64,000 nt of DNA from Geosiphon pyriformis uo1 (Eukaryota > Fungi > Glomeromycota). Below, in pieces: positions 13,468-25,030 of this stretch (within the stretch, counting starts at the first letter, position 1; the number at the start of each line of letters is the position of its first letter). A model generated the notes under the pieces. The model was not told where the DNA came from, made no database searches, and saw only the letters and a program-made list of their open reading frames with translations. The stretch covers positions 226,541 through 290,540 of the forward strand of contig JAAOMT010000294.1 of assembly GCA_016748015.1 (NCBI GenBank). Reading direction: 5' to 3'. The translations under genes and the position numbers were made by a program.

Positions 13468-16400
13468 TTAAGCAATATAGATCTAGTGTTCTTAGTGCCT
13501 ATTTTTCAATCTTTTATCTTAGCTGTTTTAGTGTTTTTAAACTCAGAATTGAATTTGGACATAATCTTGGATAACTTTTCAGTTTTGTTTTTTTTCTTAT
13601 TTTTAGTTGTAAAGAACAAGTCTTTCAATTTAGGTTTGAGTAACATAAAGATTCTAACTACCAAGATTAGTGGCTTAAAATTAAAAATGGTTGTTTTTGA
13701 GATTTCTATTAATTTAGTTTTAAAAAAATTAGATTAATTATGTGCTGGTTTAAGTTTCTTAACACATTTTTTATTTTAATAAGTAATTTTATCTAAAAAG
13801 TAGCTATGTGTAATATTTGAGACATAGACAATATGTTTAAATAAGAAAATATAATCAGGTGGCACAATAAATCTGACAATTGGGTTTTTATTATTACTAA
13901 AATTAAGTTAAAAGAACAGATTAAATCTTAGATAAAAAATAGATTTTAAAGTATAAAAGTTTTTGTTTCTGTTTAAATACTAGTTATGTGAATGCTAAAA
14001 TAGTAATAATAATGAATAATGCTTTAGTTTAACATATATGCAAAGTCTCTAAGATTTCTGGTCATTTTATTTCAATTAATTTGTTGTTTAGCAAAAAAAT
14101 TTTAGTAATAATTTTGGGTTTGTATACTGGTGCTTTGGCTAATATGTGATTTAATCAAACTTATGAGATAAATTTAATTATTGCTAGGATAATTAATTCA
14201 AGTTTTTATGTTGTGTTAATTTCAATAAAAATAGTATAACATAATACAAACTTCAAGAAATGTTTTGATTTGGGTTTGTACAATTTTCTAATGGATAATT
14301 CAGTTGCTAAAATTTTAACATAAAGTAATTCAAAAAACATAAAAAAATTATTGACTATATGTTAGTTAGTAAACATTTTTTGATAACAATAGTTGAATGT
14401 AAAATCAATAGTGTTTCTAATTTTTTTAATATTAATTATTTAGCTGTTGTGATTTTGATTAATTTGGATGGTTTTTTAAATAAATGTCTAAATACAATCT
14501 ATAAATAAGCTAATAAGAATTAATAGAAATTTAACATTAAAAATGCTAATAATTCAAAGTAAACTCAATTCAAAAAATACTTATTAGAACAAATGTCTAG
14601 TGTGCTTGACAAGTTTTATATTGCAAAAAAACAAAGTAATTTAAATGCTATATAAAAGCTTTTAAGATTAATAATAGTTAAATTAGCAAACAAAGTTTTT
14701 TACAAGATTTGATTTAAAAACTTCAGCAATTTCAAGAACAAGCAATTCTTAAAATTTCACAAATTAAAAATTTTGGTTTCAAAGATTGTCAAGGCTTTTT
14801 CTTTAGAAAATATTATTAAGTCTAATTGTCTTAAAAAAACTTAGTTAAGATTAAATGTTGACAATTTACTTGAGCTGTTATTTTTAGTCAAAAGTAGAAT
14901 AAAAAGTAAAAAAATACTTTTTTTTTATTAAAGATCAAAAAAAATATTGCACATCCAAATATTGAAAATCTAAGACTATAAAAACAACTATAATTAGAAA
15001 TGCAATTAGTAGAAAAATGGAAACTTCTGTACAAATAAAGATTATATAATAAGAGGTGTATTAAAAAGATTTTTTTAAAAGATGGTTTTAAATTATTTAA
15101 TAGTTAGTAAAAATTTGATTTTGGAATTTAAAATAATAAAAAACAAGGTAGATAAAATAATAAAGAGCTGAACTAAAAAAAAACTGGTGTCTAAAGTAAT
15201 GTTAGATTTTTAGTTTCAGCAATATATGCTTTTGAATTATGTTAAGAATAAAATATTTTCTAAGATTATGAAACAAATCAGTTTAAATGAATTGATTTTA
15301 GCTGTAAGAGATTTATCTAATAGCAAAACTATTGGCTTATCTGGTATTTCAAATAAGTTATAAAAGTATTATGGTTTTAAAGTTATAATATGTTTCTTGG
15401 TTTTGTTAAATTGTTGTTTAGATATTAATATACTTTCTATTTTATGAAAAAAAGCTTGAATTTTTATAATTTCAAAGCTCTATAATTAAAATAGTGTATT
15501 AACTAATACTAAACTAATAATACTAATTGAAATAGCCAGAAAAATTTTGTTAAAGATACTTTTAGACCAAATCTCCCTTGTGTGCAATAAATTTAATACT
15601 CTTTTTGAAGATAATTTCTTAGTATTAAAAAGTACATTAACTCAGTTTCTAATATTTGCAATTGCTTAATTGTAAAAAATGTTTTGGAAAAAAATAGAAA
15701 GCTGTGGTTAGTTCTACAAAACATGTGTAAAGCATATAATTTGGTTGGCTAATATTATTTAAGAAACAGCCAGAGATGTATTAAAATATGTAAACAATTT
15801 ATCAATTTTTTTGGCAGTATACACTAGGATAGAATTCATAAAATTATAATTAATTTCAACTTGTTAAATGGTTATTGTGTACATAATAAATTAGATTAAG
15901 ATGAATTTTTTTCATCTTTTCTTTGAAAAATTTTTTACAATCCCCTTTTGTATAAAATTAAGAAACATGAACATTTATGTAGTTACTATATTAACACGAA
16001 ATTTGTAACCAAAACAGACAGACTGAAAAACACAGAAAAAAAAACTTTTTTTCTTATAGCTAATATTTTTTTTGATAACACAATTTAGATAAAAAATGAC
16101 CAGACTTCAACTTAATATATTTTAAATATTGTTAATGAATTTTTTGATATTAACAATATTTCAATTAATAATAACAAGACAGTAGTCATTTTATCAATCA
16201 AAAAATTAAGAATGCTTTTTTAACTATTAATAGAAATTCAATATTAATTACAAAAAAGAGTAAGTCATATTATTATTTGGGAATTTTTTTTTACTAATAG
16301 TTTATTTAAACTTAGTTTGATTAAGACTTATTCAGATATAAAGCTTTTTGCAAACATAGTTTTGAAAAATGTAATTTTAAATAAGCAATTCTGTTACTTG

Positions 16401-17360
16401 GTTCTTGCTATCTTATAACAAATTATATGTTACTGTACACAGTTTAATTTTATTTCAGTTAATGTTTGCTGCAAATGAAATTTTTTGATTAAAAAAAGTT
16501 TAAGATTGAAAGCTGAATTGTTTAGAAATTTTTTTAATAAAACATTGTATCATTTAATACTATATAATCTAAAGTCTTTTGAATAATTGTTAAAGATAAA
16601 GTGGCTTTAACAGTTTTGTTTGCTAATTCTAAGAGAATACTTGACAAACTCTTTAATTATCAGTTTTTGGATTTGCAGGCTTTAGACTAGACTCTAGCTA
16701 ATTCTTTGCAGTATCTTTTTAAGTTAAAGGTTAGTTCTGTAAACAGTTTTCTTACTAGGGTAATATAAGTGTTTTTAAATAATAAAATCTTATTAATGAA
16801 CAACTTGCCATAAGTTTTTTGCAATTTGGGCAAGTTTTTAATATTTAATATCTTGGAAAAGAAGATCTACTACAGAACAGTGATTTTTTTGAGACATTAT
16901 GGTGTTTTTTTTGGTAACAAACTTTTGGATAAACATGATATTTTAATAACTTAGAAGATCTTTTGTCACTAAAAAAAACTGGATCTAAGAGATCTTGTTC
17001 TATTTTGGTTTGCTATAATATCTGGTTTTTTGGATGGTTTAAAATTTAATATTAGAGATAGAGTAAACATTTCAAATTCGGTTTTTTATAATGTTTTGAA
17101 TTTGGACAATTTTGGATCAATTAGAAACTTTTTGCATAAAGTTTGGACCAATACTTTTGATGTTTATACTAATGGCTTACTCAAAAAATTGGGTGCACCA
17201 GAAATGGCAGATGGGGCAGCTATCTACTTTTCAAATATGAATATAAGTATTGATATTAGGGTTTTCAGTATAGTGTTTTCTATAATGACTAAACCACAGC
17301 TATTACTTTAACTTTGGAATACATGTTTTCTTCTTATACTGTAGTTTTATATTTAAACAA
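13468..17360 (+). mobile_element. Degenerate non-LTR retrotransposon (LINE): ORF1 tail, APE, RT, RNase H
   Basis: APE N-terminus (KVAMCNI...IIRWH) at ~13800-13865. RT block LTNTKLIILIEIARKIL...LWLVLQNMCKAYNLVG at ~15500-15750. RNase H start DVYTNGLLKKLGAPEMADGAAIYF (ORF 17030-17311). Cut at both ends by LTR elements. Confidence 0.85.
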
Positions 17361-18800
17361 TATTACTGAAGATTTTTGGTTTCTTTTTTTAAATGTTGTT
17401 AATGTCTGTTTGCTGTAAATTTACATTTTCTGAAAGTAGTTGAATCTCTGATAACTGAATTTATTTTCAAATTATCTCTTATAATTTGAACCACTGGATT
17501 TATAAGTAGAATAACCAATTCTGTATCAGTTACTTTATATAGTTACATTGTAATAAAAGTCAACTTTTTTTTAAGAATTGTTTATCTAAAAACTTACTAA
17601 AATATGTAATTATTTTGTAATAAAAGTCAACTTTTTTCCAGAAATTGCTTGTCTAAAAGCTTACTAAAATATGTATAATTACTTTATAGTAAAATTCAAC
17701 TTTTCTACAGAAATTTTATTTGTAGACTATCCAAATAATTATAATAAAAAATAAATAAATAAATATAAAAAATATAAAAAAATTGGAATTCATTAAAAGA
17801 ATTGTTTTTTATTCAGATCTGGAGTTACTAACAAATTACTGAAATTGATAATTAATTAATTTTAAAATATTAATTGTGTTTTAGACAATATTAAGTATAA
17901 ATATTTTAAGAATTGGTTTTTAAAGTATTTTAATTTTAATTTTAAATTGTACTACTGAGAATAAATATAAAGTAAGATATCTATAATAAGATAATTTTAA
18001 AGGAAGATATATTTTTTTAAAGAAAAAAGCTCTTCTTTTATATAATTTGTTATAGTACTAGTTTATAAACTAGAACTTTTTTCTTTGTTATGATTTAGAC
18101 AAACTAAAGATACATTTTAATAAACTACAAATTATTTTGATAAACTATTAATTATTTAGTATATTATCTATTATTTTGGCAAATTTTTTACAAATTTCAG
18201 TGAATTTTTAAATATTATATAGTTTAAAATATTGTGTAATTTGATTATTCTAATTTTTATTGCACAAATTAGGATATTAATTAAATAATAATATTTAATA
18301 ATTTAATTAAGTAATAAGTAATAATTAAAATAATATTAATATATACTAATTAATAATAAAAATTATAAGAGTAATTTCATGCTAATTAATAGTTAAAATT
18401 CTACTAATAACATAATTTTTTTCTTAAGACTGAGCTTTATTGAAGTTCAAGTACTATTTATAATATCAAGATAGTAGTCCAAAATAATTAAAATAATTTG
18501 GTCTGAAAATTGTTAAAATTTCAGTTCTGTAAGTTTGTTAATATATTAAATTTTCATTGATTAAAATATTGAATTTTGTAAGACATTTTCACAAGTATTA
18601 AATAGATTATAGAGTTTAAAAGCTGCTCTAAGTTTGTAATAAATGTTTGTTAATCTAGTTGTTGTTTTGAATTTGTTGTAAATTTAAATTAATTTAACTT
18701 TAATAAGTTTTTTATTTTTTATATTAATGCTTTTAATGTCTCTTTTAATATTATTTTGTTTTAAAAAAAACATATTATAGTTTATAATAATAGAATTTTA
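17361..18800 (-). mobile_element. Truncated Gypsy copy of the 43659-53506 family: 3' LTR (17361-18412) plus adjacent internal end
   Basis: 17361 tattactgaagatttttggttt matches tgttaccgaaggtttttggtct. LTR end taataaca at 18412 is followed by sequence matching 44641 onward (cttaagactgagctttattgaagttcaagtact). The right boundary is approximate. Confidence 0.8.
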
Positions 18801-18949
18801 TAATAAATTAAAAAAACTATATAATTACCAAAAAAATATTTTACAGTAATAATTTATTACTTATTAGAATAAATATTTTATAAAAAAAGATTTAATATTT
18901 ACATTAATTATTAAGCTTTAATTTAGTTAAAAAATAAAAAAAAGCTGGA

Positions 18950-19979
18950 CCACAAAAAAAATTTTCTATTAAATAATATATCTAAATAAATATAACTATA
19001 ATATTAAATATTACAAAAAAACAAACAATTAAAACACAAATATTTTATTTTAATTAATTATTTAATAAAATAAACAGATTAACAATATTAATTAATTTAA
19101 TTATTAATAAAACTATTTTAAATTAAATACAATGATAAACTTAAAAAACTATTTAATATTTATCAAATTTTTAGATAAAAAACAATATTTGTTAAAATAC
19201 AATTAACAGCAAAGAAAACATTTGTAAAAACAATCAAATTTTTATTTAATTTAACAAAATTAATTATTTTAAAGAAATTAAAAAAATCTTGATTAATCAC
19301 AAAAAATTATTTTATCTTTAATTTGTTAAAATATTAAAAAAAAGTGTTAAATCTTAAAATAATATTACAGAAAATTGTATAAAAAAAGAGTTTTTTTTTC
19401 AAAAAAATATATTTTAATTTAAAATTAAATTTTTATTAAATATTTTATCTTAGAATTAACAATTAATTATTACAAATCAATTTAATAAAATTATTTTAAA
19501 AACTTAAATCCTTAATTATTATTGTTTTAAAATTACTTATTCCAAATTAATATTTTAAAATTAATTAATTACCAATTTTGGTAATTATTAATATCTTTAG
19601 ACTTAGATTTATAATAACTTTTTTAAACTTATTTTATTATTATTTTTTTAATTATTTTAATTATTTTTTATTTTTTTTATATTATTAAATAGCTTATAGT
19701 TAAAATTTCTTATAGGAAAGTTGACTTTTATAGCAAAGTAACTATATATTATTTAAAAAACTTACAAATAAAATTTTTTTGTAAAAAAATTGATTTTTAT
19801 TACAAATAACCATATAAAATAATTGGTACAGAATTGGCTATTTTATTATAAGTCTAACAATATATATAGTTTAAAATCTAGAAAAATATTTTTAAAAAAA
19901 AATTGATTTATTAAAACAAAATTAACAGCAAAATAACATTAACAACAACAAAAAAAAAGTAGAAAAATCTTTAATAACA
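18950..19979 (+). repeat. Highly degraded LTR of the same family in the opposite orientation
   Basis: The reverse complement of ~19963-19979 (tgttattaaagattttt) matches the LTR start. ~19370-19430 and ~19700-19810 reverse-complement to internal LTR blocks (aagtcaac units). The left edge is approximate. Confidence 0.65.
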
Positions 19980-20099
19980 ATAGTTTTTATTACTATAGTG
20001 TTTACAATTTATGCAATTTTTTTTAATTGAAAAATATTTAGTAAAACCAAATTTGAATATAATTAATATTTTTATAAATAATTTCCTAATAAATTTAGA

Positions 20100-21250
20100 T
20101 TTATTTAATATTATTAATAAAACTTTTGTCTTTTTTAACAAGTTAAATTTGGATGTAAATATTTAAATTTATGATTTAATATTATTAATATTAATTAAAT
20201 TACAAGTTATTGTTTTGGCTTTTAAGTATGTTTTAATATTAAATATAATTGTAATTTATTTTAATAATTAAACAGTCTTATATATATATGTTTTTAAGTT
20301 TAAGTTAATTTTGCCAAATTTTTACAATTATTATTAAATAAAAAAACATCAGATTATAAACATTATTTTTAATAAAAATATTTTTGTTATCTGATTTAAA
20401 ATTAAAAAATACTTAAATATTATAAATAATAAAATAATTAATATTTTAATTAATATAACAGTTTATTTCAATTTAAAAATTTTTTTTTAGCAAATATATT
20501 TTTATATTTAAGAATATTTAATACTTTGTTTATAATATATATAAAACTGTATATTATGTTTAATAAAAAACTAAGTTTAATACTAATATAATTAATAATT
20601 TTATAATTAAGAATATTAATTAAAAATATAGTCTTTTGGTATAATATTTTAATTTATATATGCTGTTTAAATTCATGAATAAGCTTTTAGTTAATTAATA
20701 TATTTATATAATAAAAATAGTTTATAATCAATTATTTATAACAATTAAAAAATATTTTTATAATAAAGTTTATTTTAAAGTTTTTATGTATATTATAACA
20801 AAAAAAAGTTTTTAAATTAAAGTTTACTTACAAAATAAATATAAAAAATTATTATTAGTTTTTAATAATTATTAAAATTTCTTGACTAAAATACAGTTAT
20901 TGTTTTTGTTAATTTTACAAATTTTGTTTTTTACATATTTAATAATAGATTATATACTATTTTTTGTAAAGACTTTGTTTTTAAAAATTGGTATTATAAA
21001 ACTTTTTTAGTTTTTAATAATATTAAAGTTAATTTTTTGAAATTAATAATATTTATACAATAGTTAATTATTAATTAGAAAAACCAAAAAAACAATAATA
21101 AATAACTTTGTTATTATATATATTTTTTTAAAATAAAAACTAATATAATACATATTAACAATATTATCTTTTCAAATACAGTTTTTATAATATATATATA
21201 TATTCTTTTACATAGTATAATTTGTTTTTAAATTGTAAACTTAAAATTAA
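20100..21250 (+). mobile_element. Extremely AT-eroded LINE 3' fragment (RNase H region)
   Basis: aaattacaagttattgttttggct...gtaatttattttaataattaaacagtctta at ~20198-20280 is a transition-decayed ELQAIxLAL...YSDSQAAL block. ~20401-20435 resembles VKGHSGxxGNE. Confidence 0.5.
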
Positions 21251-21425
21251 GTACATATTTTTTATATATAAATAATTTTAAGTTTTAAATATATTAATAA
21301 TATAATAATAACTAATTAAAAATTTTTAAAATGATAAAAGCGAAAGATTGAGAAAAAGTATTTTTTTTCATCTCAACTATCTCAACATTATATAATAAAA
21401 AGTTGCCTCATAGACATCGTTAGTA

Positions 21426-21499
21426 GCTCGCATAGCTCAGTTGGTTAGAGCGTGGTGCTAATAACGCCAAGGTCGCAGGTTCGACCCCTGCTGTGAGCA
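21426..21499 (+). tRNA. tRNA-Ile, anticodon AAT (IAU), intronless, 74 nt
   Basis: Cloverleaf: acceptor GCTCGCA/TGTGAGC, D arm GCTC/GAGC, anticodon arm TGGTG/CGCCA with loop CT-AAT-AA, T arm GCAGG-TTCGACC-CCTGC, discriminator A. T run at 21510-21513. Confidence 0.97.
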
Positions 21500-21913
21500 A
21501 ACAATAAAATTTTCACATCAGAGCTGTTATTTTGGATATTTGTTTACATATCCTAAAGGTTAAAACTTCTTAGTTTTTGTTAAGTACTTCTAATAAATTT
21601 TAAATCGAACACGGTTTTTTAATGAGATAATCTAAAAGTTTGGAATTGAATGTTTACTATAATGTACAGAATGAATATATGATAAAGAGAAAGTGTAGAA
21701 AAGATACTCTTAAGTAATAATCGTCATAGTTTCCTCGAAAGGGAAAAAAGAGGAATCTAACGTGATTTAAATAATTTGAGTATTCCCAAAGTTAAATTAA
21801 TAGCTCTCTGTCAAACAAGTCGCGAAAAAAATAGATGCTGTGACCGTAGATCTTTTAGATAGTTTATTTTAGCCCCTCCATGAAATTTAAATTAATTCCA
21901 GAAACTGCGAAAT

Positions 21914-24214
21914 TTATGAAAGAGGTTGGTGATTGTGAGTCGGTCTTGTCCATATTTTAATATGACCTCTACGACAAGTTGTTATAATAGCATCTTCCCG
22001 AAATGTAATCGAGCATAAGGGATCAGAGGCGATTGATTTTATCTATTGGGACAAAAACCAATTATATATATATTTCTTTACAATTAATAAAAAAATCCAA
22101 TGTGCAAATTACCATGACAGGTTGCAAAATTGCCACCTCGGATCTTGGTAGACAAGGGTGAATCGTGGTTTTAAAAGGTTCGACCAGGTTTCGTCTCATA
22201 CCAGCAGTTGTCGCCGCAGATTGTGAAGCGAGACTGGATCTTCGATGGCTGCTAGCCTATGGTAAATATTTATGATGAAAAAGGCAAGTTAGCTAAATTA
22301 ATGTTTTTTAACCCTTCAAAAAATCTTTTCAATATTAAATCATCAATCAAACATACATTTTTGGGCTTATGAAGAGCGCTAACGCTAAAGTCCCACAATA
22401 ATAATTTCGTATCCTCACCAACTGATCCAAAACGATAATTTTTTTCGTCACATAACCATGGATCGAATGCTAGACCGGTGACCCAAGATTGATGTCCTTG
22501 GCATCGGGCAATAATGCGTTTTTCCCGAAATGCCCAAATTGTGACTAGATCATCTTGTCCACCTGTGAGAACATATTTTCCATCGGGACTCCAACAAACG
22601 CAAGAAAATCCGCCAAAATAACTTGTATAAGAATCATATAATCTGAATTTTTAAAAAAATAATTGAGAAGTTGTTCTCTCTACCAATAAAATCTTGTTTT
22701 TAGGGAAACATACTTCTCATTCGTATGGTCTACAATTCGTAGGCAGCCATCATCAGACACAATCGCTACGTGCTGAAGATCAGGCGAAAACGCAAAGGCT
22801 AAAAAAATCATTATTATATAAAAAGGATTAAATAAAAACCAATATTGTATTGGAAGGAATGTTTTGGTAAATTTTGATACCTGTGATACTTTTTTTGGAA
22901 ACTTGCCAATGGGATACAGGATTATGTTTGGTGGGTTTAGATGAACGAGTAACTCGAAATCTTTTACCAAAATTAGGCAATTCTGATTAATGAAGGAGGG
23001 AAACCCATTTCATCAAAAATCTTACATTGTCAATTTCTTTAATTACCGACTCACCCATCGTCTTCCTGGCCAGTAATTGGTGTAAAAGCTTGATCGTCTT
23101 TTTCTTTATCATAAAGAATAACAGAACCATCTTGATATGATGCCATAAAAACATTCTCCGATCCTGGCCTCCATTTCACCATTGTGACCGGCGAATTGTT
23201 GATGATGCCCTTAAAATAGAAAAAACTAAAGATGGTTAACAAATATGGGTTACTCTTTTTTAGGACAAGAAAACATTAAATTTTACCTGCTTATTTATCC
23301 GATCATATTTATTACATATGGGGTCATACCAAAACATGTCCCCGGTTGAAAATCCAATAATAACATCTAAATGATCACATGAACGCGTAAGCAAATTGAC
23401 ATCATGGCAAGTTGGAAAAGCCTTTGTAAAGATAACGCGAGTCAATGGTTCCTGTCAGATTTAAGTGCCCTTTAGATGATGATTATCCAATAGGATATAG
23501 ACCCCGCCGAAAAATCTTGCTAAAAATCAACTCTCACCTGATCCCTACCTTTGGCTTGTTGGACAGATCGGTCCAGTAAAATGTCCGGCCAATGTTAAAA
23601 AACAAATAAGTATCCTCATTTTGACGATTCGCAAGAATTTTCGTCAAATTGTCATTTGTGATGATCTTTGCAACAAAAGAAGAATTGGTTTTTGTAATGT
23701 TATTCCTCTTTTTTTTGCTCTTGACCGGGTTAAAAAAAGAAGTGAGTGGACCGTCGTCCTCACGTTTCCCCTCTATAGAAGTAGGAACAGTTGCTCCACT
23801 ATTATTTGGGGGGGCTCTCAGTGAAATCTGTATTGGTGAGACGACCACAGACAGGCCACCGTCAGGTGTTAAAGTTTCCTTGCGCAAGGTTGGGGAAGGT
23901 GGCGGTTCCTGGATTTGTTGCTGTATCTGGAGTTTTTCGTGATCAGTACTATCATCTATCAGATCAACACTTAAAGTGTTTTCTAAGGAAGAGGGGGGGA
24001 GTTGTTCCCCGGTACGATCACTCGCCGATGCACTTTCTCCACTCGATGAAGTTTGATGTGAACTGTATTCCTTATATTTGACAGACACGAGCGAGATCGA
24101 AGTTCCATTAGTGTAATTAGGCTGACCAGCATCTAGTAAAATATCCTCTTTTAGATTATATTGTCCTTCAGCGGCTATAAAGTCTTTGACGATTTCACTT
24201 GTAGAACTTGCCAT
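21914..24214 (-). CDS. creC: WD40-repeat protein, CreC / WDR20 family (deubiquitinase cofactor), multi-exon
   Basis: Spliced translation contains [90 protein letters not shown] and [12 protein letters not shown] at 24214, TAA at 21914-21916, GT-AG introns. Confidence 0.88.
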
Positions 24215-25030
24215 TGAACTGGAACCAAAAAATATAATCGAAATATCAAAGGCACCAGAATTCTTTTAAAGTATAATGGTAAACAATTGTTTCAAACCTG
24301 TATTTCTATCAAGCTAGGATTTTAGTGGTGGGATTAATGGTAAGACAGAATGTAAATCTTTTATTAAAATTTCAAAATTCAAATTATTTTTTAATGTTAA
24401 TATTTTGTATTTAATATTCTTTTATTTTGAAAATTAAAAACTTTAAAATTTTTGTTTCTTATTATAAAATACTTAAATATATATTTTATTTTAATATTTA
24501 TATTTTACAATAAAAATTATTGGCAAAATTTTTAATTACTTTTATTTTTTAATTATATAACAATTATTTTGTTTAATTTAATTAATTATTTTTCAATTAT
24601 AAAACTCTTATTTGTATTTTTATTTATTGAAATATAAAATTAAATAAAAAAACAATCATTGTAGTTGTTAAATGCTAAAAATTAATTTAAATTTTGTATT
24701 AGCAAAATTTTTTTTTAAAATAGAAACCTTTTTACCAGCCAACAAACATTATAATTTAAGTGACCCAAGAATCTGCGAAACCACCTTAAATATTTGGGAA
24801 AAATATCAATCAAAAACCCAACGAATCAGTTACTTAGGCCTGTTGAGCTAGTTATTTTGCTGCAGGGTTATTTCTTTTTTTGTCGTTTTGTGTTTCTTTT
24901 TATGCAACACAAACAGCAAAATTATTAGCATAAAAATTCAAGCTCTTGTCTTTTCATACTACTTTTTTAGCCTTTTTTTTCACTTTACAAAACACCCCTA
25001 TCACCAAGTTAGTAGTAACAATCTATCAAG

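Noticed and set aside
18800-21300. Very AT-rich DNA suggesting a mitochondrial insertion, centromere core or endosymbiont DNA (also 41500-43100)
   Set aside because: In 18.8-21.3 kb, residual LTR and RNase H motifs show eroded retroelement sequence. 41.5-43.1 kb has the same composition and adjoins a LINE relic. No organellar or bacterial genes are recognisable in either.
23621-24081. Plus-strand ORFs overlapping creC; likewise 28065-28520, 30251-30436, 37443-37667 and 41156-41374
   Set aside because: Antisense or promoter-overlapping shadows of real genes with no independent motifs.
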